Source: Promethearchaeia archaeon (GTDB lineage: Archaea > Asgardarchaeota > Lokiarchaeia > Sigyniarchaeales > SOKP01). Taken from it: 32,000 nucleotides of DNA. Position 1 is the stretch's first letter, and every line of letters starts with the position of its first letter. The stretch covers positions 1,842-33,841 of the forward strand of contig JAWOFX010000079.1 in the NCBI GenBank assembly GCA_046497275.1, written 5' to 3'. The position numbers were made by a program, and so were the translations under genes. The notes beneath the pieces were generated by a model that saw nothing but the letters and a program-made list of their open reading frames with translations, did no database searches and had not been told where the DNA came from. Positions 19,142 to 27,565 of the stretch are shown piece after piece.

Positions 19142-19300
19142 GTGGCTCTCAGCCACAGAGACCTAAAGACAAGGTCAAAAATGAAATAGGGGGAGAAGAC
19201 AAATCATCTCAGCGTTAAGCCGAGACACTAAGTGTATACTCTACACTAACCAAAAGACAAAAATCCAGGGTGTGAACTGAGAGCCGTTTATATACGCCCT
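19142..19300. ncRNA. Candidate structured non-coding RNA / DNA element (orphan, family unassigned)
   Basis: About 44% GC (71/160 hand count over 19141-19300) within very AT-rich flanks. Five hairpins plus a long-range stem (19144-19157 with 19271-19285) and three copies of AAGACAA. No ORF. Confidence 0.55.
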
Positions 19301-19463
19301 ATTTATTTTTTTAAATTGGTATATCTATTTTATTAATATATGAAAATTTTTGCCTATCACTATTTTTATTAATATAATTATAAACTTGTTAGATATTTAT
19401 ATTTATTGAAAGATTATCTGGATTACCCTTTTTATAGAAATATATTACCTATTGACTAATAAA

Positions 19464-19862
19464 ATGAACGAATCGAATACAAAAAAAGAAGAAAAAGAAT
19501 TAAAAATTGATATTGGATGTGGTGTATTTATTATAATTGGATTTATCGCATCTTGGATTAATATGGTAATAATATATGATGCGCAGGGCACCAGTATTCA
19601 TCCCCAATTGAAAATATTCACGTATTTTACGATTATTTTCACGACGATTTTACCTACTGTTGGTATTGGGTTGATAAATAGGTTCTGGGGATATGCTTAT
19701 ATCTTGGGATTTGCGATGGCCGGTATTCCTTTTATCTTCATAGTTGATTTATTTATTGGGGCCTATACATTTGCCACTACAATGTTTATTTTTATTATTT
19801 TATGGATAATTTTTTGGAAAGCCTGGAGGAGCCTTAAGTCAATTAAGACAGTCCAAAACTGA
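19464..19862 (+). CDS. Hypothetical integral membrane protein (about 4 TM helices)
   Basis: Four hydrophobic stretches. ATG at 19464; the track start at 19452 is TTG. Confidence 0.8.
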   Translation: MNESNTKKEEKELKIDIGCGVFIIIGFIASWINMVIIYDAQGTSIHPQLKIFTYFTIIFTTILPTVGIGLINRFWGYAYILGFAMAGIPFIFIVDLFIGAYTFATTMFIFIILWIIFWKAWRSLKSIKTVQN

Positions 19863-19932
19863 TTTTAGAAAATGAGAATTCATAACGTTAAAAACCTATC
19901 AAAGAGAATCTAAAAATAAGACAAAAAAATAA

Positions 19933-20388
19933 TTATGTTAATAATTCAACTTCTTCGAATATAACAGCATTAACTTTCTCAATAGATAAAAAGGCTCGTT
20001 TAATCTCCTCGATATCTTCCGTATCTAGATCATCGCCATTCACATAGGTTTCATAATAACAATCGCTTAATTCATAACATAATCCAGTAGTGTGAAGCAC
20101 TTCCTTACTCAAGTTTAATTCGCGCAACACGCTTGAAATTCCTTTGACTAAGTTTGGAGAAAATTCTTCCAATTTGATGAGGATTTTCTTAATGTTATTG
20201 GTCTTAGTTGGAAAGCAACTTATTTTTACAACATCTTCTCGAGAAATAAAAATGAGTAAGTAAAATGGGGCATCCATTACTTCATCTTTTATTTCATTCG
20301 AAAAGATCACATTCGACTGTAATTGGTCTTTGTCAATTATTAAACCAACAGAAATTTTATTTTTCGGTGTGTCTTTCTCAGAGTTCAT
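19933..20388 (-). CDS. Hypothetical protein, possible C-terminal ACT-like domain
   Basis: The C-half has beta-alpha-beta-beta-alpha-beta periodicity (KILIKL / PNLVKGISSVLREL / VLHTTG / YYETYV / IEEIKRAF / VNAVIFE). Confidence 0.5.
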   Translation of the reverse strand: MNSEKDTPKNKISVGLIIDKDQLQSNVIFSNEIKDEVMDAPFYLLIFISREDVVKISCFPTKTNNIKKILIKLEEFSPNLVKGISSVLRELNLSKEVLHTTGLCYELSDCYYETYVNGDDLDTEDIEEIKRAFLSIEKVNAVIFEEVELLT

Positions 20389-20644
20389 TTTTATCGAATA
20401 AAATATGATAATTAAGTAATATAAAGAAATCGATATAATTTTAATTTATTTTTTGATCTATTATTAATCTTTTCTTTTTCTTTTTGATTTTATTGGAAAT
20501 TGAAATCCTAAAGTTTTAGTAAATCTCGACTATAATATCACGGTAACATAAAAGTAATATTCATGTTTTTTATCAAATTTTCTTTTCATTATTTAAAAAA
20601 TAAGATTAATCTTTTCATCTCATTATAAGGGAGTTCAAATTAAG

Positions 20645-21163
20645 ATGGTATTTAAAAAAGAACCAATGGATCGATATCGTTCATACGGATTCGAAATGAA
20701 GGATTGGGATAATTTAGACTGGAATAAAAATCGATTTCATGCGATATATTTTATAGATTATTTAACGGGCTCATTATTATTAGGGAATAAGTATTCAAAT
20801 CAATCAAAAATATGTGAAGCAAACGAAGATTTAATAAGTAGTTTTTTAAATGCCATAAATCTTTTTATTAATGAATTAAACCAAAATGATGATGATGAGG
20901 AAGAGATAAGAGAAATCAATTTCAAGGATTCTCGAATTCTCTATGAACGAAGAGGTCGATTGATGGTAATAGGAATATCGAAAAAAACTAATCTTGTTAT
21001 TGAGAGGACAATTCTTCAGAATTTACTCAATGATTTTTACGAGCGTTTCGAGTATAAGATAACACATTTTAATGGTGTGATAGATCAAGAAATTCTAGGC
21101 TACAAAAAGTTCTTAAATAACCTGGATCACTATATTTTTAGTTACGATGAATTTAATCTATAG
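20645..21163 (+). CDS. Stand-alone longin-like domain protein
   Basis: AIYFID..GSLL / DLISSFLNAINLFINEL / IREINFKDSRILYE / LMVIGIS / ILQNLLNDFYERF gives the beta-beta-alpha-beta-beta-beta-alpha-alpha order of longin folds seen in Asgard proteins. Confidence 0.7.
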   Translation: MVFKKEPMDRYRSYGFEMKDWDNLDWNKNRFHAIYFIDYLTGSLLLGNKYSNQSKICEANEDLISSFLNAINLFINELNQNDDDEEEIREINFKDSRILYERRGRLMVIGISKKTNLVIERTILQNLLNDFYERFEYKITHFNGVIDQEILGYKKFLNNLDHYIFSYDEFNL

Positions 21164-21206
21164 TTTAATCTGCCCTGTTTATTTAAGTTAACAAAAAAAG
21201 CCCGAA

Positions 21207-21998
21207 TTATTTTATTCCAATAGGCTCCTCTTCGGGAATAGATTCCATCAAACTTAACACAGTCAATTTCAAATTTAACATTTCGTAAACTTCAGTCCAG
21301 AGTTTTTCACACTCATTAGGATCTCCATTTAGACCACACTGGGTAATAAGTGAATCGAATTTATTTTTCAAATCTTCTTTAAGAGTGTCTTGCCGATTTA
21401 AAGAAATATGTTGAGTTTCTAACCATCTGTCGATTGATTTTTTAATGTTAATTTCCTCCTCATTATTGAGCATATAAGTGACTTCAACTTCATCATATCC
21501 TTCTATCTTTTTGATGTACTCTTCATCTTGGTACATAGGTTTTATGAGCAAACCTAAATTTATGATAAGAGGTTGAAGCTGAAGTTTTCCCAGGGAATCC
21601 GTTAAAACATCTAAGACTCTTTCTTTTTGGGAAAGTTTTGAATAATTAATATACTCTTGGATAAACCGCATCAAGGTATTTTTGATAAGTAATTGTTCAA
21701 AATCGTGAATAGTCTCATTGTTATACTCAAAGGATTTTTTGAGGGTAATAAAAAGAGATTTCATAAAGGGTTTGATATCCTTAAACATTGCAAAATGATA
21801 TACAAAATTCAGAACTTTTTCAAGAGTTTTGAGCTTAAACTCTTCTGGTTTAGACCATTCACTTGTGATGGATTCCAAGTCTTTATTATTCTCCGGAATC
21901 GAGAGAAACCGTTTTATTTGATCAAATTTGAAAGTTAAATCTGCATCCATCATACTTTTAATGAATTTAAATATTATTAAATCTTTGTGAATTATCAC
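21207..21998 (-). CDS. Hypothetical all-helical protein
   Basis: 263-aa ORF filling the gap with normal codon usage and no recognised motif. The start is GTG 21998 or ATG 21953. Confidence 0.7.
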   Translation of the reverse strand: MIIHKDLIIFKFIKSMMDADLTFKFDQIKRFLSIPENNKDLESITSEWSKPEEFKLKTLEKVLNFVYHFAMFKDIKPFMKSLFITLKKSFEYNNETIHDFEQLLIKNTLMRFIQEYINYSKLSQKERVLDVLTDSLGKLQLQPLIINLGLLIKPMYQDEEYIKKIEGYDEVEVTYMLNNEEEINIKKSIDRWLETQHISLNRQDTLKEDLKNKFDSLITQCGLNGDPNECEKLWTEVYEMLNLKLTVLSLMESIPEEEPIGIK

Positions 21999-22095
21999 AA
22001 AATAATGTTTCGATTATGATAAAATTATGTCGGAGATGCGAGTTTTCAATAGAGAAATGAGTGAAAAATAGACATTTTATCTATAAAAAAAAGAG

Positions 22096-23433
22096 TTAAA
22101 ATACTGCTGGTGTAAGGGCTTTAGAACCATGTATTTTTGAGGATATTAAGAACCAAACTAATTTTAAGGATGATATGGGTACTAAATCCAGAGCAGAAAC
22201 ACCAGAAAGTTTAAATAGAGCTGTAGCAGTCTCTGCTAAATTATTGCAGTTATGAGAAAAATGAACCTTTTTCTTACCAAATGCGTCTCTTAATTTCTCT
22301 CCCACTTCGTCAATTGCACAAAATCCAGCAACTAATCCCTTTTCGTAGCCTTCTGATTTTAACTGCTCAATAATATTTGCATCATGTCCCTTACCCATAA
22401 TAATAAAGAATCCTCCTTTGAATTTTTTAGGAAAATCATAAGCAAGTACTTGAAGCAAAGCTAATGGGTTATTTTGACAACCTTCTCGACATAATAACTC
22501 TGTTCCTTTTACTATTTTTACATCTTTAGGAAATCTCTGCAGCAGGTCCCAGTCATATTTTTGATTATATTGATCTAAATCTTTTCCAATTACCTCAATT
22601 TGGTTTAAATCGCCCTCTCCAAGACCTCTTTTAGATGCGATTCTTAAATGGGAAACTTCATCAGTTGAAAGACCAAATATACGAGCACCTACTACATCGA
22701 CAGCTAATGTATCTGTACCTCCTATCAAAATATTAAAATCAATAACTAATTCGTCTTCGAAAACAGTTGGCGGATAATGCCCATGTATTGTGCCTTCAGT
22801 ACCATCAATTATTGTAGCATCTGGTTTAATATATTCATAAACATCAACGAGTTTTGAGTGGAGATTGTAATTATGATCCTTTCCTCTATCAGCATGTTGG
22901 GGAAACCCCCACTGATTCTTTATACCAAGAGTGACCACGGCCATTGAATGAGTTTTAAGTTTAGGTAAATCAATATAAGTAATAGAATCACGATTATCTA
23001 TAATATCAACCACCGTTTCTGGTAGGCGAAACTCTTTCAAGATATAGCCTTTAGGATCATTACCTACGGAATTCTTTCCTTTAAAGGTGAAAGTTTTTGT
23101 TTTCTCTTCATCAAGGTAAATTGGAGTAGCTCCCGTCGATTTACATACCTCTTTATAACCATTTATTTCGAAAACTATCCTTGTAGCATTTGACTGAGTG
23201 GAATTTTCCATCACATACACTTCAGCATCTTTTTCAATAAAATATTCAACTACAGCTTTCAATACATCTGGCGATGTATAACAATGAGGTTTGAAATCGA
23301 TACCATTAGGTTTAATATAGACTCTATTAGAACTTTTGAGAAGTGAACCACTTGATTTTTCAAGTTTTTCTAAAATCAAGAACACAGTATTTTTAATTCC
23401 ATCTTTTATATCTTCTATATAAACTTGTGTCAT
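22096..23433 (-). CDS. DUF362 domain protein with a Cys-containing C-terminal domain (putative Fe-S)
   Basis: VYIKPN, TSPDVL, LPKLKTH..AVVTLGIKN, IIDG, DTLAVD, HL.IA..RGLG. The C-terminal part carries CREGC, GFC and HNC. Confidence 0.8.
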   Translation of the reverse strand: MTQVYIEDIKDGIKNTVFLILEKLEKSSGSLLKSSNRVYIKPNGIDFKPHCYTSPDVLKAVVEYFIEKDAEVYVMENSTQSNATRIVFEINGYKEVCKSTGATPIYLDEEKTKTFTFKGKNSVGNDPKGYILKEFRLPETVVDIIDNRDSITYIDLPKLKTHSMAVVTLGIKNQWGFPQHADRGKDHNYNLHSKLVDVYEYIKPDATIIDGTEGTIHGHYPPTVFEDELVIDFNILIGGTDTLAVDVVGARIFGLSTDEVSHLRIASKRGLGEGDLNQIEVIGKDLDQYNQKYDWDLLQRFPKDVKIVKGTELLCREGCQNNPLALLQVLAYDFPKKFKGGFFIIMGKGHDANIIEQLKSEGYEKGLVAGFCAIDEVGEKLRDAFGKKKVHFSHNCNNLAETATALFKLSGVSALDLVPISSLKLVWFLISSKIHGSKALTPAVF

Positions 23434-23744
23434 TTAACTCACATTATAATTATCTTATATTGCAATATTATTTTTGGTTTTCTGGTATAAATAAGTTGTT
23501 AAGACTTATATTTCTCATCACTAATATTAATCGTTATTTCCATGAAAACAGTTCTGAATTTAAGATTAGTATTAAACGGATTAAACTGTTGAGATAATAT
23601 AATCGTTTTCACTGAATAGAATCATTAATAAAATCAGTTATTTTATGACTATAGTAGTAAATGTTTAAATATAACTTCAAACATTATTTAAAGAGAAAGA
23701 TAATCTTTCTGAAAAAATAACTCTTAATAAAAAAGGTGGATATT

Positions 23745-24023
23745 ATGGGAAAAACATTTGGCATCATATCGCTTATATTGGCATTAATAGCCTTAATTCT
23801 TGGATGGTTAATAATTTGGTTCGTACCCTATGGTGGGATAATAACCTATAGTTTATGTGGTGTCGCAGTCGTTTTGGGTATTGTTGGGATCGTTGTAGAT
23901 GATTCTAAAGGATTAGGCATAGCTGGGTTAATTTTAGGAATCATAGCTTTTATAGTTAATTTTCTGATGGTTTTCTTTTTGCTGGCGTTTATTTTAACTA
24001 TGCTCGGTATGTCGATGACATAA
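23745..24023 (+). CDS. Small membrane protein (DUF4190-like), paralogue 1
   Basis: Three hydrophobic helices and the motif DDSKGLGIAGLILG. ATG 23745 is preceded by SD-like AGGTGG. Confidence 0.75.
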   Translation: MGKTFGIISLILALIALILGWLIIWFVPYGGIITYSLCGVAVVLGIVGIVVDDSKGLGIAGLILGIIAFIVNFLMVFFLLAFILTMLGMSMT

Positions 24024-24045
24024 AATATAAAAATTAAATTTCTCC

Positions 24046-24053
24046 TTTTTTTT
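24046..24053 (+). terminator. Oligo-T archaeal terminator candidate
   Basis: T8 run about 22 nt after the stop of paralogue 1. Confidence 0.4.
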
Positions 24054-24293
24054 ATTTTATTGAATTCGTAACTTAGTATTTCACTAAGAACCATTCTTTT
24101 TTTCATCCTAATATGAGGGATAGCTATATTTAGAGATGATGATTTTCACAGAATATAACGTTTATTTCACGGATTATTTTCATTACTATTTAGATCATGA
24201 TTAAAAAGGAAAGTTTAAATTTGTTCATCCCTAATATCACTAAACTTATCTAAAAATTTAAAATAAGTTTAATTAAACTTAAAAGTGGAAATT

Positions 24294-24572
24294 ATGGGAA
24301 GAACTTTTGGAATCATTTCCTTTATAGCGGGATTAATCGCTTTTAGCGCTGGATGGGCATTAACTTGGTTTCTTAGCCCTTGGGGTAAATATTTTCCTTA
24401 TGTTTTTAGTATTCTTGCTATAGTGTTTGGAATTTTAGGAATTGTTAAAGAGGACTCAAAAGGATTAGCGATAGCAGGATTAGTATTAGGAACAATTGCA
24501 TTAGTTGTGGCTATTGTTCTTGCGCTTTTCGTAGAAGGTGTAATTGCTGGATTTATTGACGCTATTACATAA
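24294..24572 (+). CDS. Small membrane protein (DUF4190-like), paralogue 2
   Basis: MGRTFGIIS...EDSKGLAIAGLVLG is collinear with paralogue 1. ATG at 24294. Confidence 0.75.
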   Translation: MGRTFGIISFIAGLIAFSAGWALTWFLSPWGKYFPYVFSILAIVFGILGIVKEDSKGLAIAGLVLGTIALVVAIVLALFVEGVIAGFIDAIT

Positions 24573-24601
24573 TAAATTCTCTATTTATAATTTAGAAATT
24601 C

Positions 24602-24613
24602 TTTTTTTTTTTT
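24602..24613 (+). terminator. Oligo-T archaeal terminator candidate
   Basis: T12 run about 30 nt after the stop of paralogue 2. Confidence 0.45.
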
Positions 24614-24636
24614 AATATTTTCATAACTTTCTTATT

Positions 24637-24660
24637 TTATGTTATATTTCATAAACATAA
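24637..24660 (+). promoter_or_regulatory. Possible PadR operator (inverted repeat TTATGTT-N10-AACATAA)
   Basis: Perfect 7-bp inverted repeat about 70 nt upstream of the PadR gene. The AT-rich context makes a chance match possible. Confidence 0.25.
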
Positions 24661-24732
24661 TATATCTATATTGGGAATATTTTAAATACTTAATAAAGAA
24701 TTTTCATATCAATACGAGGAATAAAGCGTTTT

Positions 24733-25305
24733 ATGAAGGATGATGTAGAAAAGACGGCGCGGATTTTAGGGGAACAAATGAAAAATGGATATGTAAGTCA
24801 CCTTATATTGTTAATTTTAAAGAAAAACCCCTCTCACGGGTATAAAATTGTCCAAGAAATTGAAAAGAGATCATTTGGAATGTGGAACCCCTCCACTTCA
24901 ACTATTTACCGTGTTCTGGAGTCCTTGGAAAAGAAAAACCTCATTGAAGTGTTAAAAGAAGAGGAAGAAGGAAGACAGAAAAGAATTTACGAGATAACTG
25001 CAGAAGGAGAAAAAACTCTTGAAATATTAATCGAAACTTATGAAAAAATGCAAGAAGCGATGAAAAGAATGATTTTCTCAAGCGTGAAATTAACGGGGGA
25101 CATGGATTTGAGTAAATTAAAAGATTTTCTTCCATATAAGAATCCAATTTTCGGTATTGAATCTCTTGAAAATGAGAATGATAAAATTAAAACACTTGAA
25201 ATTAAAAAAAAAATGATGGAACTAAGGATAGAAGAAATAGAACGTGGAATGAAAAATATTGATATTGAAATTGATAGATTAAAAAATAGAGCAAAAAATA
25301 AATAG
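24733..25305 (+). CDS. PadR-family transcriptional regulator with a C-terminal coiled coil
   Basis: LILLILKKNPSHGYKIVQEI, PSTSTIYRVLESLE, RIYEITAEG. Confidence 0.92.
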   Translation: MKDDVEKTARILGEQMKNGYVSHLILLILKKNPSHGYKIVQEIEKRSFGMWNPSTSTIYRVLESLEKKNLIEVLKEEEEGRQKRIYEITAEGEKTLEILIETYEKMQEAMKRMIFSSVKLTGDMDLSKLKDFLPYKNPIFGIESLENENDKIKTLEIKKKMMELRIEEIERGMKNIDIEIDRLKNRAKNK

Positions 25306-25320
25306 AAGGTCTAAAAAATT

Positions 25321-26658
25321 TTGACTGAAAATGTAATTGAAGTTCGGAATCTGACTAAAGTTTATGAAGAAGGAGATGTGTTAGCTGTTGATGATATCAG
25401 CTTTAACATTAAAAAAGGAGAGATTTTTGCGCTACTTGGACCGAACGGAGCGGGTAAAACGACCACGATCTCAATGTTGGCTACATTATTGAGACCAACT
25501 GAGGGAGAAGCAATTGTCAACTCTCACAAGATCCAAGAGGAACCCGATATGATAAGAAAAAGTATTGGAGTTGTATTTCAAGAACCCTCTTTAGATGGAG
25601 ATATGACTGGGTGGGAAAATCTCGAACTACATGCGGTATTATATGGTATGCCGAAAAAAGAGAGGAGAGAAAAAATACGAGAAGTTTTAGAGCTAGTTAG
25701 TTTAAATGATAAAGCAGATATGTATGTTAAGAATTATTCCGGAGGAATGAAACGAAGATTAGAAATAGCTAGAGGATTAATACATACTCCCAGGGTTTTA
25801 TTTTTGGATGAACCAACATTAGGGTTAGACCCTCAAACACGTAGAAAAATCTGGGAGAAAATTATAGAGCTAAATTCAGGAGAACTGAATATGACTATCT
25901 TGATCACAACTCATTATATGGAGGAAGCTGATGAGCTTGCGGATAGGATCTGTATAATGGATCATGGGAAAATCATCGCCTTGGACACTTCTGAAAATCT
26001 AAAAAGACAATTATCAGGAGATATTATCGAGATTGTTTTTGAAGAGGTTGAAAATTTTTCAAAAATTCCAAAGATTATATCTGAATTAAAAAATATTGAA
26101 GGGGTAAAGGATATTACGATGGGAACAAAACATGAAAATACTCAAGGTTCTGAAATTCCATTGAAAATGCCACCGGGTATGAAAAATGTTAATCCAGAGA
26201 TTATACGAAAAAGAATGAATGACATTCTTTCCGACCCAGAAAAATTCCTAAAAGCAACTCAAAAATTTCCAATGGCGGTCCAAATGTTTGAGAAAGCGCC
26301 ATATGAAGCGAAAGAGAGAGTAGCAAATCAATTTAAAAATTCAGAGCTTATCGATGAATTACCTCCAGCAATTAAAGATGTTGTAAAAAAGATACTTTCT
26401 GGAGAATACAAAAAAGAAGAACAGATGAAAGAACCTGGCTTAACAATTTCATGTGAGAATGGAGGAAGATTAATTTCCGATATAGTTCAAAAGATAAACG
26501 AAATCAATTCTATTAAAATTAAAACAATCCATATGCATAATCCAACTTTAGAAGATGTATTCTTATTTTACACTGGAAAACAAATTCGAAAAGAATCTTC
26601 AGACAGAATGGAAGGTATTAAGAATCATATTAAAATGAGGCAGTTGAGACAAAAATGA
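25321..26658 (+). CDS. ABC-2 (DrrA-like) exporter ATP-binding subunit with an insertion of about 105 aa
   Basis: GPNGAGKTT, YSGGMKRR, LFLDEPTLGLD, TTHYMEEAD and a C-terminal PTLEDVF. TTG start. Confidence 0.95.
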   Translation: MTENVIEVRNLTKVYEEGDVLAVDDISFNIKKGEIFALLGPNGAGKTTTISMLATLLRPTEGEAIVNSHKIQEEPDMIRKSIGVVFQEPSLDGDMTGWENLELHAVLYGMPKKERREKIREVLELVSLNDKADMYVKNYSGGMKRRLEIARGLIHTPRVLFLDEPTLGLDPQTRRKIWEKIIELNSGELNMTILITTHYMEEADELADRICIMDHGKIIALDTSENLKRQLSGDIIEIVFEEVENFSKIPKIISELKNIEGVKDITMGTKHENTQGSEIPLKMPPGMKNVNPEIIRKRMNDILSDPEKFLKATQKFPMAVQMFEKAPYEAKERVANQFKNSELIDELPPAIKDVVKKILSGEYKKEEQMKEPGLTISCENGGRLISDIVQKINEINSIKIKTIHMHNPTLEDVFLFYTGKQIRKESSDRMEGIKNHIKMRQLRQK

Positions 26659-27461
26659 GTCGAAAAGTTTCAAATTATGTAAAAATTGAAGGAAGCTTAA
26701 GATGGGAGTCTATTTGGTATTTAGCAAAAAGAGAACTATTAGCGTATGTAAGAAATAAAACAAGAATAATTACATCTATAGCCCAGTCTGTATTATTTCT
26801 TTTTGTTTTTGGTTTAGGGGGTTTTAATACTCAAACCCCTATTATTAATGGTGTGGAAGTTAGCTCTTTAGCATTCACTGCTTCGGGTATTGCGGCAATG
26901 GCAGTATTATTTAGTGGAGTATTCGGCGGATTGGGAATAATTAGAGATAAGCTTTTTGGATTTATGAATGAACTTCTTGTTGCACCCGTAAGCCGTCGAA
27001 CTTTAATGATAGGAAAGACATTAGGAGTCGCATTGCAAACATTAGTTCAATTTATGTTAATTACGATATTGAGTGCCTCTCTCGGATTCTATGGATATGA
27101 TTTTAATGTAATATGGAGAGTTATAGCAACAATACCAGCAGGGCTTTTATTTTCATTAGGAGTGGTGGGGATTGGAATGACAGTTAGTACACGATTAACA
27201 GATTTTCAAGGTTTTGGTTTAATCCAAACCTTCTTGATCATGCCTATGTTTTGGTTGTCTGGTGCTTTAATTTTATTCCCCGAAGAATTTAGAATAATAA
27301 TGATGTTGAATCCCATCTCTTATGGCGTTGATATCTTTCGATTTATATTATTAGGAGTTTCTGTTTTTCCATTCTGGCTTGATTTATTAGTTTTGACTGG
27401 ATTTGGAGTGTTGTTAATTTCAATAGGAGCCTACTCTTTTTCAAGAATGGAAATAAATTAA
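26655..27461 (+). CDS. ABC-2 type transporter permease
   Basis: KRELLAYVRN, LLVAPVSR..LMIGK, PMFWLSGA, NPISYGVD and six hydrophobic segments. ATGA overlap with the ATPase gene. Confidence 0.93.
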   Translation: MSRKVSNYVKIEGSLRWESIWYLAKRELLAYVRNKTRIITSIAQSVLFLFVFGLGGFNTQTPIINGVEVSSLAFTASGIAAMAVLFSGVFGGLGIIRDKLFGFMNELLVAPVSRRTLMIGKTLGVALQTLVQFMLITILSASLGFYGYDFNVIWRVIATIPAGLLFSLGVVGIGMTVSTRLTDFQGFGLIQTFLIMPMFWLSGALILFPEEFRIIMMLNPISYGVDIFRFILLGVSVFPFWLDLLVLTGFGVLLISIGAYSFSRMEIN

Positions 27462-27565
27462 TTTTATAGAAAAAAATTTATTTTTATCCTTATTTTGTTT
27501 TTGAATTTTATCAGTAAATCTAAATTTAGTACTATCTATAAATACTTAAGAAAATTTTTATTTTT

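Noticed and set aside
19265-19300. TPP riboswitch resemblance (GGGTG...CTGAGA)
   Set aside because: The downstream ACCTGAT...GCG.AGGGA half of the aptamer is absent and no thiamine gene follows.
19142-19300. Retron msr/msd or diversity-generating retroelement interpretation of the island
   Set aside because: No reverse transcriptase lies in the window and I found no template/variable repeat pair. The terminal inverted repeat alone is not enough.
19316-19330. IGISI reading (ATT GGT ATA TCT ATT) just after the island as a decayed IS110 transposase start (IGIDI)
   Set aside because: It is only five codons in extremely AT-rich DNA, is preceded by a stop and has no further similarity.
18893-19862. 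Selenoprotein or SECIS interpretation (TGA stops, nearby hairpins)
   Set aside because: The flanking genes have no in-frame TGA with continued homology, and the TGA at 19860-19862 is followed two codons later by TAG.
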